A stretch of 63,627 bases of DNA, the filler included, from Octopus bimaculoides (Eukaryota): NCBI RefSeq assembly GCF_001194135.2. It is 6 parts of 6 records of this genome, joined end to end, with 100 filler letters (N's around TTAATTAATTAA, not from the genome) between each part and the next. Parts side by side here need not be neighbours in the genome. Positions count along the whole stretch, not along the records: positions 53,762 to 59,629 come from NW_026383235.1; positions 59,730 to 61,984 come from NC_068982.1; positions 62,085 to 63,627 come from NW_026338156.1; 3 more parts are not named here. One strand, written 5' to 3'. Each line of letters starts with the position of its first letter. The stretch's first letter is position 1. The notes beneath the pieces are model-generated. The model was given only the letters and a program-made list of their open reading frames with translations. It had not been told where the DNA came from and did not search any database. The position numbers were made by a program, and so were the translations under genes. This document shows positions 53,762 to 63,627 of this stretch, piece after piece.

Positions 53762-54028
53762 CAGGAAATGCAGTAAAATGTGTCAACTGATGCAGACCTG
53801 TGGAGTTAACACCGAAGACATCACTCACATCATGTGCAGTTATCCATAAATATCACCGATGTGACATGATGTACCTAAGACACAGCATTAGTAGATCCGT
53901 CTCTATAATGAAAACCGTCGGAAGGTTAACCCTGAAGACAGAGAAATAAGAACCCACAGTATGGTAGAAGCCATAACCACTCATAATAAAAATGAGTACT
54001 GGTGGAATGTCCCAGTGAAAACCTCAAT
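53762..54028 (+). mobile_element. Non-LTR retrotransposon fragment, zinc-knuckle to RLE region (R2/R4/NeSL-like group)
   Basis: Decayed C..CG..TEDITHI.C.YP..RH..EAITTHNKNEYWWNVPVKTS. This is the CCHC knuckle plus the tryptophan-containing segment that precedes the PD..D nuclease motif. Bounded by gaps. Confidence 0.6.
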
Positions 54029-55663
54029 NNNNNNNNNNNNNNNNNNNNNNNNNNNNNNNNNNNNNNNNNNNNNNNNNNNNNNNNNNNNNNNNNNNNNNNN
54101 NNNNNNNNNNNNNNNNNNNNNNNNNNNNNNNNNNNNNNNNNNNNNNNNNNNNNNNNNNNNNNNNNNNNNNNNNNNNNNNNNNNNNNNNNNNNNNNNNNNN
54201 NNNNNNNNNNNNNNNNNNNNNNNNNNNNNNNNNNNNNNNNNNNNNNNNNNNNNNNNNNNNNNNNNNNNNNNNNNNNNNNNNNNNNNNNNNNNNNNNNNNN
54301 NNNNNNNNNNNNNNNNNNNNNNNNNNNNNNNNNNNNNNNNNNNNNNNNNNNNNNNNNNNNNNNNNNNNNNNNNNNNNNNNNNNNNNNNNNNNNNNNNNNN
54401 NNNNNNNNNNNNNNNNNNNNNNNNNNNNNNNNNNNNNNNNNNNNNNNNNNNNNNNNNNNNNNNNNNNNNNNNNNNNNNNNNNNNNNNNNNNNNNNNNNNN
54501 NNNNNNNNNNNNNNNNNNNNNNNNNNNNNNNNNNNNNNNNNNNNNNNNNNNNNNNNNNNNNNNNNNNNNNNNNNNNNNNNNNNNNNNNNNNNNNNNNNNN
54601 NNNNNNNNNNNNNNNNNNNNNNNNNNNNNNNNNNNNNNNNNNNNNNNNNNNNNNNNNNNNNNNNNNNNNNNNNNNNNNNNNNNNNNNNNNNNNNNNNNNN
54701 NNNNNNNNNNNNNNNNNNNNNNNNNNNNNNNNNNNNNNNNNNNNNNNNNNNNNNNNNNNNNNNNNNNNNNNNNNNNNNNNNNNNNNNNNNNNNNNNNNNN
54801 NNNNNNNNNNNNNNNNNNNNNNNNNNNNNNNNNNNNNNNNNNNNNNNNNNNNNNNNNNNNNNNNNNNNNNNNNNNNNNNNNNNNNNNNNNNNNNNNNNNN
54901 NNNNNNNNNNNNNNNNNNNNNNNNGTCCTGAAATCTCAGACAAAAGAATTTTAATCCATACTTCATGTTCTCCAAATGATAATGAACATCTTTAAAAGGA
55001 CAACTCTTTTGAGATCTTTCGAACGGAAATGTTTGTACAAAGAATAGCAGAGGTGAAGATTTTTATCTTTTAAGAAATTTAGAATATAAAGTATATAGCA
55101 AATATGTTCATTGTAATATTGCTAAAGGACAGAAGACTGATCAAAATAAACTATAAAATTGCAACTTGCACATGAAAACATACCTACAAACATACGTACG
55201 TACATACGCACATACATACATACATACATACATACATACATACAAATTACGTACATACATGCATGTCTGTGTATATACATACATAGGTAAACTGATATGT
55301 TTGTATATATGTGTGTGTGTGTATGCGTGTGTTTGTATGTATGTATTATACACACATACGCGCTAGCGCATATACATACCCGCGCGCACTCATCTAGCGA
55401 AAAAATAACCGCCTAATGTATCCTTTGGGTGTATCTTTATTGTCATACAATGTTTTTCCTGTCATTATTTACGCTGTATACACAGGTGACAAGGGTAAGT
55501 TGTACAGACACGAGATAAATATAAATTTAGCAGTCCCTATCCTTGTTGTTGTTCTGTACGAGCGTCGTTATCATTGTTCTTGTTGTTGTTGCTGTTGTTA
55601 TTGTTATTGTTGTTGTTGTTAGTATTATTATTACTATTACTAATATTATCATTATCATCATTA

Positions 55664-55695
<32 letters not shown>

Positions 55696-56055
55696 TTACG
55701 TATTTATGAACATGCGTATTGCTGTCGTAATTATTTCATATTTTTTATGCAAAAAAGCTAAAGAAATTTACCTGTGNNNNNNNNNNCCGGCAGCGCCTCA
55801 GTAGTAGGACGCTGGACGGACGGTCCGGTCAAGTTGATCGGAGACTTTTTATTTGCAATGCTAATTTATAGACTGATTGAATGAATGCACAGAGTTCCTC
55901 GTGAACTTAATGTGGTTGATTATGAAAGGGAAACATGAAAGAGAAATTTAAGCCAGATGTAGTTAGATGGGATCAACTAAGCACGTGACTCATATCAGAC
56001 AGGGATCGTTACACATTGAAGTCACTATCGCTGCTGAGAGGATATACTGGCACTT

Positions 56056-56908
56056 ATGTAATGCCGTACATGCATCTGTAGAATAACTTTGCCTGCGTTA
56101 TTAAACTAACAACGTGTATGTGTGTATGTGCATGTTCCATATATTGCATATATGCTCTTTCCAGGAGATTCATATCTTTAACAAACTTCCCTGTGGATTG
56201 GATATGGTGGATGTATATTAGTTTAATTCGTTGTCTCGTGGAAAATCAATTCTGTCCAAACACTTTGTGTAGATTTATAGTCACAAAGCCCTGTATAGAC
56301 ACCCACGTAAATAGGTGCGGTAACATGAATGCAAGTTCTGCCTAAATTCACTACTTAACAATATATGTCTATTGCACGGCTGACGTGTACAACAGTGGTT
56401 TACTTTTGATCCATGAGACACAGAACAATACTACGTACGTATGTATGTATGTATGTGTACATGTATGTACATACGCGAGTACATAGTATGTATTATGTAT
56501 ATATGTATACATTATGCATGTTTGTATGTATGTATATATTTATGTATATACATCTATGCATGTTTATCCAAAGATATATCATAGTTGGTTGTAGAGGGAT
56601 TTAAAGGCAAATGATTAAAAAACAAAGACGTTTTATAAGCAATGTTAATTTATAGACAGGTTGAATGAATGCATAGACTTTCTCGTTAACTTACTGTCGT
56701 TAATTATGAAGGAGTTTTGTGCGAGCCGCACTTGTGAAATATTAGTTCATTTGGTATAAACCACTTGAACTGTGTGTAATTTGTCTGTGACTACCTTGGA
56801 CACTCAAGTGGACGATTCAAATGTAGACTAACTTAAAAGTACCATACATTATTTCATTTCGTCCTAGCAGATAAGAATTTGCTTAATTCTGTATCGAAAA
56901 TACCTATT
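56056..56908. repeat. Left arm of an inverted duplication
   Basis: Reverse complement of 58779-59629. Confidence 0.95.
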
Positions 56909-56918
56909 TCCCACCCTC

Positions 56919-56956
<38 letters not shown>

Positions 56957-58778
56957 NNNNNNNNNNNNNNNNNNNNNNNNNNNNNNNNNNNNNNNNNNNN
57001 NNNNNNNNNNNNNNNNNNNNNNNNNNNNNNNNNNNNNNNNNNNNNNNNNNNNNNNNNNNNNNNNNNNNNNNNNNNNNNNNNNNNNNNNNNNNNNNNNNNN
57101 NNNNNNNNNNNNNNNNNNNNNNNNNNNNNNNNNNNNNNNNNNNNNNNNNNNNNNNNNNNNNNNNNNNNNNNNNNNNNNNNNNNNNNNNNNNNNNNNNNNN
57201 NNNNNNNNNNNNNNNNNNNNNNNNNNNNNNNNNNNNNNNNNNNNNNNNNNNNNNNNNNNNNNNNNNNNNNNNNNNNNNNNNNNNNNNNNNNNNNNNNNNN
57301 NNNNNNNNNNNNNNNNNNNNNNNNNNTTGTGTTCAAATTATAGTTCTGGCTCACTCTTAATAAGTGTAGGGTAAAACGCGGGAATAAAACTGCAGTTTAG
57401 ACCAGTGTGCGTTGTATAAGAGACTGAATACCTGTTTTTTGTTGCGATATTGCACGTTTCCTTGTCATACGATATTACAGTATACGGAAGTATATGAACG
57501 TTAACAATTCATTTACTCCTTTTGTTAGTTCTATCCCAAAGACAACCAATATAATTGTTAAACGGCTTGAACACATAAAAACTCTTTAGTACTGGCCCAC
57601 GATTGAATAAAATAAATATGTGACAGCGCAGTAAAACAGGCAGTTTTGCATTGGAGTCCTCTTTACATCTCTGGTTTTCCCTAGTGAATTATAAACGGAA
57701 CGGTCGTTACATGAATGATCTGTCTCGACTTGGCGTTTGACACCTCTCAGTTGCAATATAATTTGCTGCACACACATACACTCGCATCTGGACATAGAAA
57801 CTCTCTGGCAAATGAATCGTAGCTATCGTCAGTTAGTGTATATATTGCTGATGAAGTTGTGATTCATTAACACAAGGTCGACAATTATTCCTCTAGACAT
57901 GTAATCTACTTGTTCCTTCTCCTTTTAAAAAGATACATATTATTACATTGCTTCCGGTTTTATTACTATGATAGCGTTGTAATTTAAGGGAGATTTGCTC
58001 ATCATTTCTAGTAGGCCAAATGGCCTCACAGTAGTTCTTAGTGTATTACAGAAAATCTTGAAAGTGAATCATTACTTACTACCAATGCTAAGATAAAGTT
58101 TTACGATTATGGTGAAATGTGAGCCTTGTACATAATACTTCTGTCTTTCTGTAGATCAGGGAAATTTTTATTATCGTTAAAGTAAATCTACAAATATATT
58201 TCATTAGAGAAAACTACAATGAAACATTGCTAGTTATCGCTATCGTAGTACTTTCCCTACACAAGTGAAAAGACGCCGCCTGTTTTTGAGTTGACAAGAA
58301 GCTGCAACGTTTCTAAAGTAGATGCACAGAATCAAATAATTAATATATGCATACACACACACAACACACNNNNNNNNNNNNNNNNNNNNNNNNNNNNNNN
58401 NNNNNNNNNNNNNNNNNNNNNNNNNNNNNNNNNNNNNNNNNNNNNNNNNNNNNNNNNNNNNNNNNNNNNNNNNNNNNNNNNNNNNNNNNNNNNNNNNNNN
58501 NNNNNNNNNNNNNNNNNNNNNNNNNNNNNNNNNNNNNNNNNNNNNNNNNNNNNNNNNNNNNNNNNNNNNNNNNNNNNNNNNNNNNNNNNNNNNNNNNNNN
58601 NNNNNNNNNNNNNNNNNNNNNNNNNNNNNNNNNNNNNNNNNNNNNNNNNNNNNNNNNNNNNNNNNNNNNNNNNNNNNNNNNNNNNNNNNNNNNNNNNNNN
58701 NNNNNNNNNNNNNNNNNNNNNNNNNNNNNNNNNNNNNNNNNNNNNNNNNNNNNNNNNNNNNNNNNNNNNNNNNNNNNN

Positions 58779-59629
58779 AATAGGTATTTTCGATACAGAA
58801 TTACGCAAATTCTTATCTGCAAGAACGAAATGAAATAACGTATGGTATTTTTAAGTTAGTCTACATTTGAATCGTCCACTTGAGTGTCCAAGGTAGTCAC
58901 AGACAAATTACACACAGTTCAAGTGGTTTATACCAAATGAACTAATATTTCACAAGTGCGGCTCGCACAAAACTCTTTCATAATTAACGACAGTAAGTTA
59001 ACGAGAAAGTCTATGCATTCATTCAACCTGTCTATAAATTAACATTGCTTATAAAATGTCTTTGTTTTTTAATCATTTGCCTTTAAATCCCTCTACAACC
59101 AACTATGATATATCTTTGGATAAACATGCATAGATGTATATGCATAAATATATACATACATACAAACATGCATAATGTATACATATATACGTAATACATA
59201 TTATGTACTTGCGTGTATACATACATACATACATACACACGTAGCATTGTTCTATGAGTCAAGGAAGAAAAGTTAATCACTGTTGTATACGTCAGCCGTG
59301 CAATAGATATGTTTTGTTAAACGTAGTGAACTTAAGCAGAAATTAGAGATTCTTGTATTCATGTTACCGCACCTATTTACGTGGGTGTCTATGCAGGGCT
59401 GTGTGACTATACTTCTACACAAAGTGCTTGGATCGATGAGATTTTCCACAAGAGAATGAATTAAACTAATATACATCCACCATATCCAATCCACAGTGAA
59501 GTATGTTAAACATATGAGTCTCTTGGAATGAGCATATATACAATATATGGAACATGCACATACACATACACATTGTTACTTTAATAACGCAGGCAAAGTT
59601 ATTCTACAGATGCATGTACGGCATTACAT
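58779..59629. repeat. Right arm of the inverted duplication (an entire gap-bounded contig)
   Basis: Reverse complement of 56056-56908. Confidence 0.95.
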
Positions 59630-59673
59630 NNNNNNNNNNNNNNNNNNNNNNNNNNNNNNNNNNNNNNNNNNNN

Positions 59674-59685
59674 TTAATTAATTAA
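59674..59685. other. Artificial six-frame-stop linker in gap
   Basis: Same 44N+12+44N structure. Confidence 0.95.
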
Positions 59686-59747
59686 NNNNNNNNNNNNNNN
59701 NNNNNNNNNNNNNNNNNNNNNNNNNNNNNATATATATATATATACAT

Positions 59748-59910
59748 CTTTTATCGTTCAACTTGTTTCAGTCATCAGACTGGGCCTTTAGTGGAACAAA
59801 TTGATCCCAGGACTTATTTTTATTTAGTGCCTGCTACTTATTCTATCGCCTCCTTTTGCTGAACCGCTGGATACAGGGACGTATACAAATCAACTCTGGT
59901 GGTCAAGTGG
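59748..59910 (-). mobile_element. Composite SINE 3' half
   Basis: acttgtttcagtcat..gaaccgct..gggacgtatacaaatcaac..gtcaag. Confidence 0.7.
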
Positions 59911-59929
59911 TGTTAGGGTAGTATGTGTT

Positions 59930-60587
59930 TATTGCAGCTCCACACAACTAACAGCAATCACTCTGTCAACTCTGTGAAAAGTCTTTTACAAATGGAGGGA
60001 TGAAACCATCAAAGCTTCAAGAACAATTGAATAAAATGCATCCTGATAGAGCATAAAAAAATTTGAATTATTTTCAATCACTTAAAAATAATTTTCTCAT
60101 GAGAAAAACAATAGGAAGTTTTTCCCTAGTTCATCCAGTCAGTCTAGTGATGGTTTGCTCGCTTCTTATAACATATCACTTTTCATTGAGAAATCCGGCA
60201 AACCTCACACAATAGGGGAACTGCTGATCTTACTAGCTGTAAAAGAAGTCCTGAAGATGGTGCTAAACAAAGCACCTGAGCCAATTATCAGAGGTATTCC
60301 TTTGAGTAATAGCTCTGTCCAGAGAAGGGTTGATGAAATGGCAGAAGACGTCGAAGAGTAACTCTGCGCAATTCTGAAGGAAAAAGAATTCAGCTTGCAG
60401 ATGGACGAGTCCACTTTGCCAGGTAATGATTCCCTCCTCTTCGCATATGTTCGTTTTGTGAACGTTTATGCCAAGAACTGCTCTTTGCCAGACCATTGGA
60501 AATTAATACCATGGGTGACTCCATTTTCAATGTGGTCAAGAGCTTTATTGACAAAAAGGACATCCCACTGAATAATATTGTAGCAGT
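59930..60587 (+). mobile_element. hAT Buster/Charlie (ZBED5/SCAND3-like) transposase fragment, pseudogenised
   Basis: CQLCEKSFTNGGMKPSKL..HP, ASYNISL.I.KSGKPHTIGE.LI..AVKEV, IPLSNSSVQRRVDEM, FSLQMDESTLPGN.SLL.AYVRF, DIPLNNI. Confidence 0.92.
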
Positions 60588-60987
60588 AATCCACAAAATG
60601 AGATAGAGTGATGTTGTAAGAGTGATGTTATGAGCTAGTGAGAGTGAGAGAGTGCGGGACGAAATAACTGCTTCGTTGGCGAGATACCATAGTTCTTTCC
60701 CTCTTCTCTTTTGAGATGATGTTTTGTTCAGCCGGTCAGCCAGTCTCCGTTCTCACTAACTGAGTTGTTACCAAGTGACTAACTGGTTGCGTCATCACCA
60801 AGTGACTAACTGGTTACGTCATCACCAGGTGACTAACTGTCTTTTTGCTTGGGGTTCTTGCTTTTATAACTATCCAGAAGAATAGACATATCATTGAGAA
60901 CAATAGGCTTCGTTGGTGGTACTGTGATATCTCTATTCTAGCTTTTGGTGAAGTAGAAGAGGTTATAAGGGTCAAGTGGTGAAGACA
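60579..60987. repeat. Possible solo LTR-like insert containing a 27-bp tandem repeat (60770-60840)
   Basis: TG...CA ends. ACCAAGTGACTAACTGGTTRCGTCATC repeated about 2.6 times. No TSD found. Confidence 0.35.
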
Positions 60988-61129
60988 TTATTTCGGCCTA
61001 GCTAAAGGCATCTGGCAAATGTAAAACTGCTGTCACAGAAAAACTATTGTTCCACCGTGAGAAAAGTTCTGTTGAAGTGTTAATTTAAATTTGGCTATGG
61101 TGGATCGAATCCACTTCATGCCTGCAAGA

Positions 61130-61380
61130 TCCAACATATGCAACATTCGGTTTGATGACTATGTATGGCAACAGGTCACCTCATCCATCAAATATGGCGG
61201 CCTCGGCCTTCGATCTCCGGTCTCACTGGCCCTGCTGGCTTTTCTTTTGTTAGTGAACTCTTGCCGTGTCCTCACTAACAGGGTTCTTCACAACATAACT
61301 GAATCATCTGTGATTGGGGAACGTGAAGCGGCCTACGCAACATGGAGCCAGCTCGGCTTGCATCCCATTGTTATGATCAG
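61130..61380 (+). mobile_element. Non-LTR RT thumb-region fragment (CRE/NeSL-like)
   Basis: WQQVTSSIKYGGLGLRSPVSLALLAFL resembles the recalled W.QA.LP...GGLG.RS..LA..AFL motif. Confidence 0.6.
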
Positions 61381-61395
61381 CCATTATTATGATTG

Positions 61396-61590
61396 ACCGT
61401 TGACTGAACACTATTCAATTTTTTTTCTCCGTGTTTTTCTCCTTGTCTCCGTATTCTTTCTGTTGAAGAGCGTAGCTCGAAACGTCAAAGACTTTCCGTA
61501 TTCCCGAACGTCATACTAATACATCCTTTTGTTATTTACACCACCTGTCCTCGTCTGTTGTTGTTTTTTCGTATATTCTCCCATATATAT
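61396..61590 (+). repeat. Penelope-like terminal repeat fragment
   Basis: Contains the hammerhead-like motif; its 3' tip recurs at 35420. Confidence 0.6.
61455..61491 (+). ncRNA. Minimal type-I hammerhead-like motif (A6U core variant)
   Basis: UCUUU-CUGUUGA-A-GAGC gua GCUC-GAAA-CG-UC-AAAGA. Perfect 5-bp stem I, 4-bp stem II, ACGU palindromic helix III, GUC triplet. Confidence 0.55.
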
Positions 61591-61716
61591 ATATATTGAT
61601 ATTTCGCTTAGGCTTAGCAATATCAATAACATCGCGTTAAAATTCAATATTCATATGTCTCAAGTACAGAGTGATAATATGGAATTAGCATGACAAAGGA
61701 ATAAACAATTAAGTTA

Positions 61717-61886
61717 TGAACTTCATTAGCTTACAGCTGTTTCTGCTGTAAGATGCAACGCACTCATATTTGAATGCTTGAGTATCACGTTTGAAGCTCC
61801 GAGGAAGCTATAGGGTGATACTCAAGCATCAAACTATAAAGACATTACATTTTATAGCAGGGATAGCTGTAAGTTAATGGAGTTCA
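61717..61886. mobile_element. Foldback MITE (~170 bp)
   Basis: ~38-bp imperfect TIR (tgaacttcattagcttacagct / agctgtaagttaatggagttca) plus a perfect inner 15-bp inverted repeat at 61774-61788 / 61815-61829. Confidence 0.8.
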
Positions 61887-62028
61887 CAACATATTTTTTT
61901 TTCCTTTTGATAGGCAGGTCGATAAATTAATTTTAGTTTTTTTTTCCTGTTTTTCAGTTACTATTTTCGGAAAGACTTCCTCCCNNNNNNNNNNNNNNNN
62001 NNNNNNNNNNNNNNNNNNNNNNNNNNNN

Positions 62029-62040
62029 TTAATTAATTAA
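62029..62040. other. Artificial six-frame-stop linker in gap
   Basis: Same 44N+12+44N structure. Confidence 0.95.
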
Positions 62041-62316
62041 NNNNNNNNNNNNNNNNNNNNNNNNNNNNNNNNNNNNNNNNNNNNCAAAGATTTTCTAAAA
62101 ATTCCAAATAATAAAAACGCTATGAGGGGTTATTTTCCGTACATAAAATAGAATTCCCCCCAATTTTAATTGTCAGCCAAATTGATCTGAGCGGTCTTGG
62201 AAAACCTCCTAAAGCAATAGTCGAAGCACCTTCCTCAGCCCAAACGAACAAATTTAAATATAACTGTAACCTATTTGTATTTTAAACTTTCAATTTTCGT
62301 TTTTCTGTTATATTAG

Positions 62317-62648
62317 GTATATCACTGCCCCTGGTTTGACACCAAGAACTATCGCCAGTGCAGCTGGAAACAGCCTTAGTTTTGTCGGGGATTTCGACAA
62401 AGTAGAGAAATGGAAGAGATATGATTTCAAAGAAAATTCTAGCGAGTTACACGATGTATACGACCCGTATACTACGAAATTTCGTTATGCCATCAACGAT
62501 ATTAAGGATCTGGGTAAATCTCCAAGTTATGTTATACCGACACCGCTGGAAATAAACGTTGATGACAGTAAAACGATATGCTTAGAAACTAGAGATTGGG
62601 TGGTTATATACCCGGGTGTGCTTCTTAATGAGGCTAATTACTTAACAA
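62317..62648 (+). CDS. Internal coding exon of a chitobiase-like beta-N-acetylhexosaminidase (GH20 family; end of the N-terminal carbohydrate-binding domain into domain 2)
   Basis: Polypyrimidine tract + AG at 62315-62316 and donor AA|GTAAGT at 62649. Open frame from 62318: YITAPGLTPRTIASAAGNSLSFVGDFDKVEKWKRYDF...DVYDPYT..FRY..N...VIPTPLEINVDD...NEANYLT. This matches the recalled chitobiase pattern WY..PG..PR....FV..F....WKR...P...R...IPTP. No other exons were identified in the window. Confidence 0.85.
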
Positions 62649-62690
62649 GTAAGTGGAGCGTTTATTGTTTATTATATTAAATAATTTCTC

Positions 62691-63347
62691 GGATCTATTT
62701 TAAAACGGGGGCGCTAGTTTTCATTTATGTTTTATGTAGTGTTTTTGGTACGGAAAGACTTTCAAACTTCGTATACTTATCTATTTTGTGTTATAGAACA
62801 GAAAAATATTTTTGTATTCGAATTTATTTCATGTAAAAAATTGTCTTATTTCGATAATTTCTACTAATCACTGACGTCTATTCAGTTGAAAACAATTAGC
62901 GCTGTAACGGTGTATATCGTATTAATCCCCCAACCCTAACACTAACCCTAACTAGACAGTTAACCGTAACCCTAACCCTAACCCTAAAACTAATCCGAAC
63001 TCTAAAATTGTTACACACACAGATACGCACAGCGTAATTTATTATATAAACAATATATGCGTATAAATTACGATTAAACCGGATGAAATATGTCACAGGG
63101 AATAACATTTTTATGACCGCCCAGCAGAGACTCTATTGAGCTGAATAGACGTCAGTGATTGGTTAAAATTACAGAAATACGACAACTTTTACATGGAATA
63201 AACTTGCGAATTCCTTTTTTTTTTTGTTAAGAAGACTAAGAGTAAAAGATGTTTTATATGACACATTCTACCAGTGTCCCAAGTTTCAAAGTGTTTCGTT
63301 AGTGTTTCGTTAAGAAAATACTGGCGCCCCCGTTTTAAAATAGATCC
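62691..63347. mobile_element. Non-autonomous DNA transposon, Merlin-like (GG-start TIR, 8-bp TSD)
   Basis: TIR GGATCTATTTTAAAACGGGGGCGCYAGT at both ends. TSD AATTTCTC at 62683-62690 and 63348-63355. Inner 20-bp inverted repeat at 62866-62885 / 63141-63160. (CCCTAA)n at 62932-62987. Confidence 0.85.
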
Positions 63348-63439
63348 AATTTCTCTTCGGAAGGAAAGTGAACAAATGCGTAGTGGAATTTGCGGATAAC
63401 TCCAAATTAAAGAAGATAATTTCAAGAGTCCTCCGAAAT

Positions 63440-63590
63440 AAAGCGGCGAGCAGGCAAAATTGTTAGTGCATCGAGCAAAATGCGTAGCGACATTCCTTTC
63501 GGCTCTCTATGTTCTGAGATCAAATTTGCATTTCATTTTATCAAGATCGATAAAATAAAGTACCAATCAAGTTTTGGGGATAAACAGCGC
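63440..63590 (+). mobile_element. Decayed SINE of the 30507 family
   Basis: aaagcggcgagcaggcaaaattgttag..gatcgataaaataaagtacca. Confidence 0.7.
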
Positions 63591-63627
63591 ATGACCTCGC
63601 AGGTGGGGCCCAGTTAGAATTTTCTTC

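Noticed and set aside
60770-60840. CRISPR-like 27-bp direct repeats
   Set aside because: The repeats are head-to-tail with no spacers, there are no cas genes, and the context is eukaryotic.
62932-62987. Telomere or chromosome-fusion scar
   Set aside because: The tract is short, degenerate and inside a TIR/TSD-bounded transposon.

Overview
AT-rich, heavily gapped eukaryotic DNA dominated by microsatellites, SINEs and decayed transposons. The repeat families look like those of an octopus genome, which is my inference from recalled repeat sequences, not a database hit. Only one host protein-coding exon is well supported: a 332-nt internal exon at 62317-62648 (+) of a chitobiase-type GH20 beta-hexosaminidase. 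Also present are a ~4 kb fossil Helitron (Rep + PIF1 helicase, minus strand, ~25270-29345) with nested insertions, mariner, DD37D (maT) and hAT/Buster transposase remnants, RTE and RLE-type LINE remnants, several MITEs, an ~850-bp-arm inverted duplication and a 188-bp palindrome. The most unusual signal is four minimal type-I hammerhead-ribozyme-like motifs in three repeat families. Two of them sit in a repeat built as tRNA-like Pol III head, then (AAT)n(AAC)n, then a hammerhead tail, which would be a candidate ribozyme-bearing SINE. Five 100-bp gaps contain an artificial TTAATTAATTAA linker, so adjacency across them is not guaranteed. Nearly all long ORFs in the track are artefacts of N-runs and microsatellites. 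All alignments and identities were done by eye, and repeat boundaries are approximate unless a target-site duplication (TSD) or terminal inverted repeat (TIR) is cited.
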